A stretch of DNA of 64,000 bases from an uncultured Gemmatimonadales bacterium (GTDB taxonomy: Bacteria > Gemmatimonadota > Gemmatimonadetes > Longimicrobiales > Gaopeijiaceae): the NCBI GenBank assembly GCA_963823035.1, contig CAWGKG010000005.1, positions 160,001 through 224,000 of the forward strand, read 5' to 3'. The number at the start of each line of letters is the position of its first letter. Positions within the stretch are counted from its first letter, which is position 1. Of the stretch, positions 8,515 to 19,038 are shown one piece after another. The notes below the pieces were generated by a model. It searched no databases. It worked only from the letters and a program-made list of their open reading frames with translations, and was not told where the DNA came from. A program made the position numbers and the translations under genes.

Positions 8515-9939
8515 TTAGGGAGTTGGCCCGGGGGTGCCCCCGACGGTCCGCCCTCCGCGGGCACGTGCGGCCCGGGCCTGCTCCAAGGCCAATTCGATCT
8601 TCCAGCGCCGCCCTTCCTTCCAGATGCCGACGATGTTCCGCGTTGCGAGGATATCCGTGGTGGGATCGCCTTCGACGAGGACCACGTCCGCACGGCGACC
8701 CTCGGCGATGCGGCCCCTTCCCGGCAGGCGGAACGCGTCCGCGGGAGCCGAGGTCGCCGCAACCAGCGCTTCCACAGGGGTCAGCCCCGCCCGCACGAGC
8801 AACTGGAGCTCCCGGTGCAAGCTGACGCCCAGGGCCGTCCCCGGATTCGGGGCGTCGGTGCCGGCCAGGATGACGCCGCCCGCGTCGTGCACCGCCCGTA
8901 CGCTCGCCAGGGCGTTCCGGATGGACATCGTACCGCCCGCCGGGGGAGGGAACCTCTGCAGGAGGCCGGCGATCTCGTGGGGAGAAAGCCGGGGCCCGAG
9001 CACGGGGTCGTTGACCAGTGTCGCTCCACCGGCGACTCCCGAGGCCGACTCCAATACGGTGAGGGTCGGCACCACGAACACTCCCGCGTTCGCGACCAGG
9101 GCCCCGTAGTCCTGGTCCGGCAGGCGGTCCGCGAAGGTGTGGGCCAGGCCGTCGGCACCGGCCCGGATCGCCATACGGGCGAACTCGTAGTCTCCCACAT
9201 GGACGATCGCCAGCAAACCTCGATTGTGGGCGGCCTGGATGGCGGCGCGAAGGGTCGCCTCATCGAGGGTGGGCAATGACCTCCCGAGCTCGCTTCCGTC
9301 CTCGAGTACGATCTTGATGTAGTCGGCTCCCTCCGCGAGGCGCGCGTCGATGAAGTCCTGCGCCTCGGACGCGCTCGACAGCGTCGGGATCGGAACGCCG
9401 TATTCGGTGCCGTGACCCCCCGGGGCGGTCACGAGCGTCGCGGCGGAGAAGAGGTCCGGGCGGTCGGCCGAACGACCGGAGGCCTGCTCCGCCTTGAGTT
9501 GCGCGAGCGTGTCGGGGTCGGTGGCCATGTCCAGTTGGGTGAGGACCCCGTACAGCGTCGCGTACTTGAGCCAGGTGCGGCTGAACGTGTGCGTATGCGC
9601 GTCGATGAGCCCGGGGAGCAGGGTCTTGCCGGCGCCGTCGATCACACGCGCCCCCTCCGGCACATCATGCGACTCACCCGGCAGCGCGATCCGGGCGATG
9701 ATGCCACCGTCGAGCACGACCGTCGCGGTCGGAATGACCCGTTCGCCGTCGAAGACACGAACGCCCTCGAAGACGGTCGGAGCCCAGATCTCGAGCGTGT
9801 CGGATCCGGTGGCCGTCTGCCGGGCGACCGCCGGCGATGCCCCCAGCGTGGCGCCGAGCGCTGCGATCACCGCGAGCACGGGGCTCGTCTCCCGGAAGAC
9901 CCAGCGTCCTCGCATCGGCCTCACCTCCGAGAACGTCAT
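8515..9939 (-). CDS. Secreted amidohydrolase family protein
   Basis: LLPGLIDAHTH metal site, GADYIK, AGTDA, GRIAEGRRADVVLVEGDP; signal peptide; GGGAGG RBS. Confidence 0.9.
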   Translation of the reverse strand: MTFSEVRPMRGRWVFRETSPVLAVIAALGATLGASPAVARQTATGSDTLEIWAPTVFEGVRVFDGERVIPTATVVLDGGIIARIALPGESHDVPEGARVIDGAGKTLLPGLIDAHTHTFSRTWLKYATLYGVLTQLDMATDPDTLAQLKAEQASGRSADRPDLFSAATLVTAPGGHGTEYGVPIPTLSSASEAQDFIDARLAEGADYIKIVLEDGSELGRSLPTLDEATLRAAIQAAHNRGLLAIVHVGDYEFARMAIRAGADGLAHTFADRLPDQDYGALVANAGVFVVPTLTVLESASGVAGGATLVNDPVLGPRLSPHEIAGLLQRFPPPAGGTMSIRNALASVRAVHDAGGVILAGTDAPNPGTALGVSLHRELQLLVRAGLTPVEALVAATSAPADAFRLPGRGRIAEGRRADVVLVEGDPTTDILATRNIVGIWKEGRRWKIELALEQARAARARGGRTVGGTPGPTP

Positions 9940-10140
9940 GGCGCGATCCTCCCGCTCGACGTGAGCCGACGATGTGCAACGCACCCTAGCCCACTCTTTG
10001 GGGATCCGCCAAGAGAAACCTCGACGAGGGTAAGGAGCGGGCGCCGTCCGTCGATCCGTTGTCCGGGTCGGGCGTCCCGAAGTGCCACCACGGGTGCGAC
10101 CCGGGTCGCTCGCCGCGCGGGTGCCAGGCCCCCCCGCGAG

Positions 10141-11559
10141 CTACCCCTGGGGTCCGGGCGGGATGTTCTGGTTCACCCGGAAGAGGTTCTTCGGATCGTA
10201 GCGGTTCTTCAGTTGCACGAGGCGCTGGTAGCTGCCGCCGTACGCGGCTTCCACGCGATCGCCCTCCTCTCCTGTCATGAAGTTGACGTACGCCTCCCCC
10301 GTCGCGTAGGGCGCGCTGGCGGCGAAGAGCTCCCGACACCACCCGATGCAGGCCGAGTCCTTCGCGGGATCGCTCCAGCGCCCGTGCACGTTCATGACAT
10401 ACGCCGCGCTCCGCCCCTGGTAGGCCGTGGCGTCGTCGGGAACCCGGCCCATGGCGCCGCCCACCTGACCGATGAAGACCTCGCTCTGATCGTCCGGAAG
10501 GCGTCCCAGGTAGTCGACCACCGTGTCGATGAACCCGTCGCTCAACTCGGCCAGATCGTGCGTCTTCCAGTAGTTGCGTTCTCCCGGCGTGAGAAGCGGG
10601 TCGAACGCCTGCTGCCACCCCACGAACGGGTTCGGTCCGATCACGTCGGCGATGGGGGTTCCGATCGCCCTCAGCGGCGCAAGCGCCTCCTCTCCCGCGG
10701 CCATGCCGCCCGCATACATCGCGGCCAGGACCACGACCTCGGTTCCGTGAACGTGCTCGGGAAGGAACGGCAGCGGGGGAGCCTTGCGAAGCACCACCCA
10801 GACCGTCACCTCGTCCGGTGCCTCCGCCATGACGTCCCGATAAGCGCGCAGCACCTCTCCCGCGTCGGCGAACGGGTGCACGACGAGTCCGGCCAAAATC
10901 TGCGGGTCGATCGGGTGCGCCCGGAACTCGAAGGAGGTCACCACGCCGAAGTTGCCACCGCCACCTCTGATGCCCCAGAAGAGGTCCGCATTCTCTTCGG
11001 CGCTCGCCCGCACGACCTCGCCGTTCGCCGTCACAACCTCCGCCGCGAGCAGGTTGTCGGCGGTCAGCCCGTGCTTCCGGCCCAGCCATCCGAGCCCGCC
11101 GCCCAACGTCAGGCCCGCGACACCCGTGGTGGAATTGATGCCGGTGGGCACCGCGAGCCCGTGTGCCTGTGTGGCCGCGTCGAGGTCACCGAGCGTGGCC
11201 CCCGGCTGGACGCGCACGGTGCCTGCGTCCGCGTCCACCTCCACAGCCTTCATCTTCTTGAAGGAGATCATCAGACCCCCGTCGCACGCAGCGTTGCCCG
11301 CGATGTTGTGCCCCGCCCCGCAGATCGACAGGAGCACCCCATGCTCCCCCGCGAAGCGAACGGCCCGAACGGCGTCCTGCGTCCCGCGACACTCGACGAT
11401 GGCCGCCGGACGCCTGTCGATCATCGCGTTCCAGAGGGTACGCGCCTCGTCGTACACTGCCGAGTCGGGGGTGAGCAGCGCGCCCTCGAGGGCGTCGGAG
11501 AGCGTGGAGAGGTCCACCTCGGTGGTTCCTCCGTTCAATGCGCTCATGGGGGAGGCCAT
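10141..11559 (-). CDS. FAD-binding oxidoreductase with BBE domain
   Basis: GAGHN, GVAGLTLGGG, LFWGIRGGGGNFGVVT, YVNF, LKNRYDPKNLFRVNQNI. Confidence 0.93.
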   Translation of the reverse strand: MASPMSALNGGTTEVDLSTLSDALEGALLTPDSAVYDEARTLWNAMIDRRPAAIVECRGTQDAVRAVRFAGEHGVLLSICGAGHNIAGNAACDGGLMISFKKMKAVEVDADAGTVRVQPGATLGDLDAATQAHGLAVPTGINSTTGVAGLTLGGGLGWLGRKHGLTADNLLAAEVVTANGEVVRASAEENADLFWGIRGGGGNFGVVTSFEFRAHPIDPQILAGLVVHPFADAGEVLRAYRDVMAEAPDEVTVWVVLRKAPPLPFLPEHVHGTEVVVLAAMYAGGMAAGEEALAPLRAIGTPIADVIGPNPFVGWQQAFDPLLTPGERNYWKTHDLAELSDGFIDTVVDYLGRLPDDQSEVFIGQVGGAMGRVPDDATAYQGRSAAYVMNVHGRWSDPAKDSACIGWCRELFAASAPYATGEAYVNFMTGEEGDRVEAAYGGSYQRLVQLKNRYDPKNLFRVNQNIPPGPQG

Positions 11560-11671
11560 GATCTCATCTCCTGGCTGTGACCGAATCGGGGCAAGGGGAA
11601 CATGATTACACTTCCGATTCGAAGGAGCAATCTTCTCGCAGGTGTTGCCCCAGTGACCCGTACAGCATAGG

Positions 11672-11931
11672 TGGAGCTGCCCCGCCTTCGTGGACAGGTG
11701 AGCAGTGGGGTGTTCCATCTGTCCCCGTCGCCGTTGGACAGCCACGCCTCCCCGCGACAGCGGGGCCGGCTGCTGTTGACCTTTGGGGGGTCACGCGGCA
11801 TCGGACGCCACCCGGATGGCGTGGCGGCGCTCGAAGTTGATCGGCGAGATCTGGCCGAGCGCGGAGTGCCTGCGCAGTTCGCACTCGATCGTCGCGAAGA
11901 AGCTCTCGCACAGAGCGTTGTCGTAGGCGTC
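11672..11931 (-). mobile_element. IS3-family remnant (right end plus internally deleted transposase C-terminus)
   Basis: Minus strand 11931-11791 encodes DAYDNALCESFFATIECEL-RRHSALGQISPINFERRH...*. The terminal IR-like end ...TGTCCACGAAGGCGGGGCAGCTCCA finishes at 11672. Confidence 0.8.
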
Positions 11932-12062
11932 TTACGGACCAGGCGCCTCGGATGTGTTGTGGCAGTGCTCCAAACGTCCGATCAGCCCTTTCCGGCCCAT
12001 ACCGGCTCGACTCCCGCCGGGATTCGCGAAGCGAAGTCCGCGGCCCCGCCGACAAGGCCACA

Positions 12063-12086
12063 GGGCGCGCGCTTCGGCGCGCACCC
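12063..12086. terminator. GC hairpin downstream of the prolyl oligopeptidase
   Basis: gggcgcgcgc-ttcg-gcgcgcaccc inverted repeat immediately after the stop codon. Confidence 0.45.
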
Positions 12087-12088
12087 GG

Positions 12089-14212
12089 TCAGCGCATCAG
12101 CTTCCGCACGAAGTACGTGAACTCCAGAGCGTTCGTGTGCGCCGACTGGATGAGGTTGGCACCGGCGCCGTGGCCCCCTTCCGTTACCTCGTAGAAGAGG
12201 TAGGGATGGCCGTACAGCGCCATCTTCGCGGCAAACTTCCGGGCGTGCTGCGGACCCACGCGGTCGTCCTTGGTCGTCGTCCAGATGAGCGGCTCGGGGT
12301 ACGTCACGTCCCGCTCGAGGTTCTGATACGGGGAGATCGATGCAAGGAAGGCGCGCTCGTCCGGGTTGGAGACACTCCCGTACTCGCCGACCCACGAGGC
12401 GCCCGCGTCGATCTGCTCGAAGCGCAGCATGTCGAGGAGCGGCACCTGGATGTCGACGGCATGGAAGAGCTCGGGATTCTGGGTCATCTCGACGCCCATG
12501 AGCAGCCCGCCGTTGGAGCCGCCCATGATGCCGAGCTTCGGCGTGCTGGTGATCCCGCGCGCGATGAGATCCCGGGCGACGGCGGCGAAGTCGTCGTAGA
12601 TCACCTGCCGGTGCGTCTTGAGGCCGGCCTCGTGCCATGCCGGCCCGAACTCGCCGCCCCCCCGGATGTTGGCCAGCGCAAACACGCCGCCCCGCTCCAG
12701 CCACAACTTGCCGACGGTCCCGCTGTAGCGCGGCGTCTCCGAGACCTCGAACCCACCGTAGGCATTCAGGATGGTCGGGTTCGAGCCATCCATCTTCATG
12801 CCCCGGGGATGCACCACGAAGTAGGGGATCTTCGTCCCGTCCTTCGAGGTCGCCTCGAGTTGCTCCACGGTGTCCCTCGTGGCGTCGAACTGTGCCGGTA
12901 GGGACGTGATCCGTGTCGCCCGCCCGTTCCGGCCGTCGGCCAGCCAGACGCTGGTGGGCGTGAGGAACCCCGTGACGTTCACGAACGCCTCACTTCCCCG
13001 GTCGTTTCCGCTCATCACCCCCGTAGACAGGTTGTCGGGCAGCGACAGACGCTGTTGCGTCCACCTTCCATCCTCTGTGCGAGCGAACGTGAACACCCGG
13101 CCGCGCACGTTCTGGTAGATGCTCGCGAGCACCTGATCGCGCGTTGTCGTCACGCCGTCGATGGACTCTCGTGGGCCGGGAGTGAACACCACCACCGGAT
13201 CGAGCCGGTCCGGATGTGCCGCGGCACCCGCGGCGTCGAACGAGGCCAGCGCGCCGCTCGCGATGGTCGTCTCTCCCTCCTGCCACGGCTCCGAGAGCTG
13301 AACGAGGATCTGCCCGTCCACCATTCCCACCACGCCCGACTTGAGCGGGAGCGCGAGCTTCACGACGCCGGACGGCGTGACCAGGTGCTGTTCCGACTCG
13401 AACGTCGTGAGAGGTCGGTCGATCACGACGGCACGGTGACCGGTGCCGTCCGTGAGGGTGGCAGGCCGGACACCGTATCCGCCGTCCTTGGCGTCACCGC
13501 GGAAGATCTCGACCGCGTCGTCGAGCGGCTGTCCACGCACCAGGCGTTTCACGATGAACGGATAGCCCGAGGGCGTCAGGTCGCCCTCTTCCCATTCGCG
13601 CGCCACCACGACGGTATCCTCGCCCTGCCAGGTCGCCTGCTGTTTCCCGCGCGGCAGCTCGAACCCGTCCTTCACGAACGAGCGCGTCTGCAGGTCGAGC
13701 TCACGATAGGTGACCGCGTCCTCGCCGCCGTCGGAGAGCGCGATCAGACAGCGCCGTTCCGCGGGCGCCGCGCAGTCCGCGCCCTTCCACACCCAGTTGG
13801 CGTTCTCTGCGCGCGCCAGCGAGTCCAGGTCCAACATGGTCGTCCACCGCGGCGACGACGTCCGGTAGCTGGAAAGGGTCGTGCGGCGCCAGACGCCGCG
13901 AACGTGCATGCTGTCCTGCCAGAAATTGTAGAGATCGCCTCCGAGGAAGGAGGCATACGCGATCCGGTCGTGGGACTGTGCGATCGCCAGCGCGTCCTCA
14001 CGCAGCGCAGCGTAGGCGGGATCGTTCTCCAGATCGGCGCCGGTCCTGACATTCTGGCTATCGACCCAGGCCATGGCACGCGCCCCGGTCTGCTCCTCGA
14101 GCCAGAGGAACGGATCGGCGGCGGCGTCCATCGCCGAGGTGGCTGGCTTCTGCTCGCACGCCTGGACGGCGAAGGCAGCCATCAGAGACGTGAGAGCCGT
14201 CGCAGATCGCAT
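12089..14212 (-). CDS. Prolyl oligopeptidase (S9A), probable lipoprotein
   Basis: DPFLWLEE, NIRGGGEFG, GGSNGG nucleophile, DDRV, EGGHG; lipobox VQAC. Confidence 0.95.
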   Translation of the reverse strand: MRSATALTSLMAAFAVQACEQKPATSAMDAAADPFLWLEEQTGARAMAWVDSQNVRTGADLENDPAYAALREDALAIAQSHDRIAYASFLGGDLYNFWQDSMHVRGVWRRTTLSSYRTSSPRWTTMLDLDSLARAENANWVWKGADCAAPAERRCLIALSDGGEDAVTYRELDLQTRSFVKDGFELPRGKQQATWQGEDTVVVAREWEEGDLTPSGYPFIVKRLVRGQPLDDAVEIFRGDAKDGGYGVRPATLTDGTGHRAVVIDRPLTTFESEQHLVTPSGVVKLALPLKSGVVGMVDGQILVQLSEPWQEGETTIASGALASFDAAGAAAHPDRLDPVVVFTPGPRESIDGVTTTRDQVLASIYQNVRGRVFTFARTEDGRWTQQRLSLPDNLSTGVMSGNDRGSEAFVNVTGFLTPTSVWLADGRNGRATRITSLPAQFDATRDTVEQLEATSKDGTKIPYFVVHPRGMKMDGSNPTILNAYGGFEVSETPRYSGTVGKLWLERGGVFALANIRGGGEFGPAWHEAGLKTHRQVIYDDFAAVARDLIARGITSTPKLGIMGGSNGGLLMGVEMTQNPELFHAVDIQVPLLDMLRFEQIDAGASWVGEYGSVSNPDERAFLASISPYQNLERDVTYPEPLIWTTTKDDRVGPQHARKFAAKMALYGHPYLFYEVTEGGHGAGANLIQSAHTNALEFTYFVRKLMR

Positions 14213-14310
14213 GCTGTGTCCTCCGGGTGGGGTCAAAACGGATCGGGGATCCAACCGCCCTCCTGGACCGAGGAGCATCGTAGGCAGCGCGGGAGGGGCG
14301 AGCAAGCGCC

Positions 14311-14403
14311 ACCGACCCGGACGGCATGAACTCCGAAGGGCTCGTGGCGATGCCCGACGGCGCGTTCTGGATCGCCGACGAGTACGGGCCGCACATGGTC
14401 CAC
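14311..14403 (+). pseudogene. Remnant of an esterase-like activity of phytase family gene
   Basis: Reads TDPDGMNSEGLVAMPDGAFWIADEYGPHMVH, matching the family signature xEGL...DGxFWxxDEYGP. Flanks are lost. Confidence 0.6.
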
Positions 14404-14405
14404 TG

Positions 14406-16082
14406 TCAGCGCCGCACGAGGAGGGTGACCGCGAAGCCGAGGTCGGCGACGCGGACCTTGCTCCGCGGCGCATAGTTCGCCTCGACCCAGGCCGCGAGCG
14501 CGGTGCCGTAGCCGACACCGAACGGGCCGCGCCCGTACTCCGAGGTGTCCTTGGGCACGATGACCACCACGTCCGGCGGCGAGGCCTCGAACGCCTGCGT
14601 CCACGCGGCGTCGCCGAAGACGACCTCCTCCGGAGGCATGAAGTTCACGTAGGGCGTGGGGTTGGGCACGCGCGCCAGGTAGTTGATCATGACGCCCTCG
14701 GGGAGCACCGCCGCAGAGCGGGCGCCGAAGGCGGCGAGCGAGTCGACGGCTCCCTGCACCAGGGCGCCCCGGACGTCGGCGCGGAAGCGATCCCGGCCGG
14801 ACCCGACCCACCCCGTCTTGGCAGCCAGCCGCGTCGCGGTGACCGAGAGGTGCTCGACCGCGAAGAAGGCGATCAACGCGAAGGCGCAGGCGCGGACCAC
14901 CGCGCCGCGGAGCCCCCGCGCGTCGAGGTGGTCGGGAAGCCACCCGACGAGCGCGGCCACGACCAGGAGGGTCGCGGGCATCGCGAGGGCGAAGCCGTAG
15001 TGGGCGACGCGGGCGTGCAGCAGCGTCTTGGCGAGGAGCACGAGCGAGAACGTGGCGAAGGCGAGCGCGACGGGGGTGCGCCGCGGATGCCGGCCGCCCC
15101 GCCTCGAGACGACCAGGAGGAGGGCGATCACCGCCACGGCGAGGGGCAGCGGGCGCAGCAGGCCGGTCCACCAGTCGCCTTCAGGGATCGCCAGGAGGAG
15201 GGCGAGCATGGCGGCGCCGGAGGCGAACGGGAGAAGCGGCCCTCTCGTCTCCCGTCCCAGCCAGGCCACCGAGACGGGCACGGCCAGCGCGAGCAGCCAG
15301 ATGCCGCTCCAGGTGAGCACCTCCTCGATGCGCAGCGCCGGGTCGTCGAGGCCCATCCCCGCAGCGTAGAAGGCGAGGCGTCCGACCTCACCACCGAGGG
15401 CGGAGGGCCACGCGCCCATGGTACCGCGAGGACCCACGAGCAGGACGGACGCCAGAACCGGGAGGATCACGCCGACGGCGAAGGCGCCGGGCGCGCGCAG
15501 GTCGCGTGGCCTTCCGGCCGCGACGAACAGGACGAGGCAGCCCGCGGCACCCGCGAGGAAGGGCTCGGGCTTGGTGAGGAAGCACAGCCCGAGCGCCAGG
15601 CCGGCCAGGGCCGCGACGCGACGTGAGCCCGTCCGGTGCCACCGCGCCAGTCCGACGAGCGCCGCCAGCGCGAGCGCGATGCCATGGGTCAGCTCGTGCG
15701 AGTAGGGGGTGACCCAGTTGTAGTTGGCGATGCCCACATACTGCCCGAACGCGAACACGAGCAGGAAGGTCAGGCCGGCCGTGGTGGCGGCGGCCCGGCC
15801 GGCGAGGCGCGCCAGGAGGCGGTGCAGCATCAGGACGCACGCCCCGAGCACCACCACGTTGCCCGCCGCGAGGACCATCATCCCCGGCCCAAAGACCCGG
15901 AAGAGGAGGGCGTTCCAGTACTGCGAGAGCGGTCCGTTGAGCCACGCGACGTCGGTGAAGAGCGCGTCGCCCCGGGACAGGCGCCAGGGCACGTAGAGCT
16001 CGCGGCCGAAGTCGATGAGGGGATCCGGCCAGGCCCGCCACGTCCAGGCGAGCATCCCGACGCCCGCCGCGAGCAGCACCAT
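14406..16082 (-). CDS. GT-C fold (ArnT/PMT-like) membrane glycosyltransferase; start uncertain
   Basis: DFGRELY in the first loop, GLCFLTKPE motif, more than 10 TM helices, periplasmic C-terminal domain. Confidence 0.75.
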   Translation of the reverse strand: MVLLAAGVGMLAWTWRAWPDPLIDFGRELYVPWRLSRGDALFTDVAWLNGPLSQYWNALLFRVFGPGMMVLAAGNVVVLGACVLMLHRLLARLAGRAAATTAGLTFLLVFAFGQYVGIANYNWVTPYSHELTHGIALALAALVGLARWHRTGSRRVAALAGLALGLCFLTKPEPFLAGAAGCLVLFVAAGRPRDLRAPGAFAVGVILPVLASVLLVGPRGTMGAWPSALGGEVGRLAFYAAGMGLDDPALRIEEVLTWSGIWLLALAVPVSVAWLGRETRGPLLPFASGAAMLALLLAIPEGDWWTGLLRPLPLAVAVIALLLVVSRRGGRHPRRTPVALAFATFSLVLLAKTLLHARVAHYGFALAMPATLLVVAALVGWLPDHLDARGLRGAVVRACAFALIAFFAVEHLSVTATRLAAKTGWVGSGRDRFRADVRGALVQGAVDSLAAFGARSAAVLPEGVMINYLARVPNPTPYVNFMPPEEVVFGDAAWTQAFEASPPDVVVIVPKDTSEYGRGPFGVGYGTALAAWVEANYAPRSKVRVADLGFAVTLLVRR

Positions 16083-16332
16083 GGGCGCCAGGATCCCGCT
16101 GCGCTCCAGGGAGGGATCCGGCCTGTCGATACGCGTCCACCCGGTCGGAAGGGTTCGAGGGTCCACCAGGGAGGGAGGATCGTACGGCCCCCCTTCCGAT
16201 CGTGCACCCTCGCCCGCACGCGCTGCTTCCCGACGCCTCTCGAGCTGACGCGACGACGTCGAGCGGACAATACCGCGAAGACCGCCGGTCATGTTGACCG
16301 GTGGCGCCTCCATCATCGCGTCTTCGTCCGGG

Positions 16333-18939
16333 CTACGCCGCCACCACCGAAGGGGGGGTGAGGTACATGGCCAGAATCGCGTCGGGATCGAGGATGAGCC
16401 CCACGTCGCCGTTTCCAAGCACCGCCCCACCCGCCACGCCCTTGGTGTTGGACACGATGCCGCCCAGGGGCTTCACCACGAACTGCTGTTGGGTGACCAG
16501 TTCGTCCACCAGCAGAGCGGCCTTCCGGCGACCCTCCCCCACGATGACCAGGAGCCCTTGGGTGGGGTCCTCTACCGCCTCTGGGATTTCCCACAGACGG
16601 TGCAGCCGCACGATGGGGAGCAGCTCCCCGTGGAAGAGCACCATCTCGCCCTTTCCCGCGACCTTGGACAGCGCCGAGGGCTCGGGACGCAGGCTCATGA
16701 GGATCTTGACCGACGGGATGATGTAGCGCTGAGCGCCGATGGAGATCACCATGCCGTCGGTGATGGCCAGGGTGAGGGGAACGTTGATGCGGAAGGTGGA
16801 TCCCTGTCCGGGGGTCGAGTCGATGGTGACCCGTCCCCGCAGGGATTCGACGTTCCTGCGGACGACGTCCATGCCGACACCGCGGCCGGAGACCTCGGTG
16901 ACCTTCTCGGCGGTGGAGAAGCCGGCGGCGAAGATGAGGTCGTAGATCTCCCGGTCGGAGAGACCTCGGTCCGACTCGATGATCCCCCGTTCCTTGGCCT
17001 TGGTCAGGATGCGCTCGCGGTTCAGGCCGCGGCCGTCGTCGGAGATCTGGATCACCACGTTACCTTCGGCCTGGAAGGCCGAGATCCTGATGACCCCCTC
17101 GGGCGGCTTGCCGGCGGCCGTCCGCTCGGCGGCGCTCTCCAGCCCGTGATCCACGGAGTTGCGCACCATGTGGACCAGGGGGTCGGCCAAGACGTCCACC
17201 ATGCTGCGGTCGATCTCGGTGTCTTCTCCCTCGGTGACGAGCCGCACCTGCTTTCCACTCTTGCGGCTGAGGTCACGGACGACCCGGCTGACCTTCCGCA
17301 GCGCGGGCTTCAGAGGCACCATGCGCAAGGATGTACTCAGGTCCTGGAGTTCCCGGAGGATCTTGGCCGTGTGGTCCACCTTGCGGGACAGGCCCCGGCG
17401 ATCCGCCAGCACCACGGGGTCCTGGGCCAGCATGGAGTGGGCGATGACCAGTTCGCCCACCATGTCGACCAGACGATCCAGTCGTTCTGTGCGAATCCGA
17501 ACCGAGTTCTCCCCTCCTGGGGAGGTCTCTCGATCCGACGCCTCGGGTCCCGCCGTTGCCTCCCGGGCCTTGAGCGGAGCGCTGGGCGTGGCCACTTCGT
17601 CGGCGCGGATCCTGTCCGGAAGCGCGGGATCGGCCAGGATGTCGAAGAGCGGCGCATAGGTCTGCGGCACCGCGATGCTGCCCGTCTCCATGCCTGTGCG
17701 CACCGCGCTCAGGAGAGACTTGAGCACGTCCAGGCCACGCAGGGAGAGGTCCGCAACGGGAGCCGTGAAGACCAGGGCCCCATCCCGCACGCGGCTGAGC
17801 AGCGATTCCGCGTGGTGGGCCATTTCCGAGATGCGACGCAGCTCCAGGAAGCCCGAAACACCCTTGATGGTGTGGAACGCCCGGAACACGACGTTCACGG
17901 CTTCCGGGTCCGTGGGGTTGTTCTCCAGTGCCAGGAGGGCCTCTTCCGCCTGCTCCAGGTATTCGAAGCTCTCGGTGACGAAGTCGCCCATGAGCTCGTT
18001 GTCCGCCCCGGCGGGGAAGGGGTCGGCGGCCGGTATGGACTCCCTTCCCGCAGAGACGACGGCTTCGGCGACTGCTTCCGGGGCGGGTGGCCGGGTGGCC
18101 GGGGCGTTGGTGGAGGCGACAGGCGGGGGCTCGGGCGGGGAGGGCGCTCTGGGCGACGCCGGGTCCGGGACGGGTTGGCCCGAGCGTTGGAGCCCAGCTT
18201 CGTCCCCGGCTCCGTCGGCGTCGGTCTCCATCTCCTCGAGCAGGATGGCCGCGTCCTCGACGAGGAGCGCCACCGCTGCCACGGCGTCACGGCGCGCTGC
18301 CTTTCGCGACCTCTTGGCCTCGGTCAACGGGGTCAGGACGTCGGCAGCCTCCTCCAGCAGCTCGGCCACCCGGCCCTCGGCCTGCTGCAGCGCCAGGCCC
18401 ACCTTGGTGGCGAGTTCGGCGACCTGGTCCTTGGTCTCGGCATCCATCTCCACCAGGAATGCCGCGACGTCGTCGATGGAAGCCGCGACGTCCGTTCTCG
18501 AGGTGGCTGTGGTCGCCGGTGCCGAGTCGGCACCGGACGCGATCGCCGCAGGCGCCCATTCCGCCGGATCCAACCCGGCGGCAGCCATCAGGGAGAGTGC
18601 GGCGTTGTCGAGCAGTTGGAGCGATGCGGCTTCCCAGGGTGCCAGCACCATCTCGTCAAGCGCGGGCATCACCGCGTCCAGGGCGGTCGGGAGGTGGGAC
18701 GGAGCCGTAGTGGGATCCGACGCGACCCTCTCGAGAATCTGCTCCATGACGGCGAGCAGTCGATCGGCGAGGGACCCCGTGCGTCCGGCTCGAGCCCGCG
18801 CGCCCCGCAGGGCCTCCAGGACCGGGGACGCCGTGTCAGGGTCACCGGCCTGGAACGTCTGCAAGGAGGTCCGGATCGCGCCGACACGTCGCAGCAGGTC
18901 CATGTCGATTTCGAAAGGATCAGAGGACTGCAGATTCAT
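16333..18939 (-). CDS. cheA: Chemotaxis histidine kinase CheA
   Basis: Hpt FRAFHTIKG, dimerisation RLDRLVDMVGEL, HMVRNSVDHG, DDGRG, GFST..VSGRGVGMDVV, C-terminal CheW domain. Confidence 0.97.
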   Translation of the reverse strand: MNLQSSDPFEIDMDLLRRVGAIRTSLQTFQAGDPDTASPVLEALRGARARAGRTGSLADRLLAVMEQILERVASDPTTAPSHLPTALDAVMPALDEMVLAPWEAASLQLLDNAALSLMAAAGLDPAEWAPAAIASGADSAPATTATSRTDVAASIDDVAAFLVEMDAETKDQVAELATKVGLALQQAEGRVAELLEEAADVLTPLTEAKRSRKAARRDAVAAVALLVEDAAILLEEMETDADGAGDEAGLQRSGQPVPDPASPRAPSPPEPPPVASTNAPATRPPAPEAVAEAVVSAGRESIPAADPFPAGADNELMGDFVTESFEYLEQAEEALLALENNPTDPEAVNVVFRAFHTIKGVSGFLELRRISEMAHHAESLLSRVRDGALVFTAPVADLSLRGLDVLKSLLSAVRTGMETGSIAVPQTYAPLFDILADPALPDRIRADEVATPSAPLKAREATAGPEASDRETSPGGENSVRIRTERLDRLVDMVGELVIAHSMLAQDPVVLADRRGLSRKVDHTAKILRELQDLSTSLRMVPLKPALRKVSRVVRDLSRKSGKQVRLVTEGEDTEIDRSMVDVLADPLVHMVRNSVDHGLESAAERTAAGKPPEGVIRISAFQAEGNVVIQISDDGRGLNRERILTKAKERGIIESDRGLSDREIYDLIFAAGFSTAEKVTEVSGRGVGMDVVRRNVESLRGRVTIDSTPGQGSTFRINVPLTLAITDGMVISIGAQRYIIPSVKILMSLRPEPSALSKVAGKGEMVLFHGELLPIVRLHRLWEIPEAVEDPTQGLLVIVGEGRRKAALLVDELVTQQQFVVKPLGGIVSNTKGVAGGAVLGNGDVGLILDPDAILAMYLTPPSVVAA

Positions 18940-19003
18940 CGTGTGTCTCGGTGGAGCGGGACGCCGCCACGCGTGTCAGGACGGTGCGCGCATGCTCTCC
19001 TGA

Positions 19004-19031
19004 GGATCGGCAGGTTGGGCCGCGGGCTTGA
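19004..19031 (-). promoter_or_regulatory. Sigma28 (FliA)-like internal promoter upstream of cheA
   Basis: Minus strand TCAAG-N15-GCCGATCC. Confidence 0.65.
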
Positions 19032-19038
19032 GTTCGTG

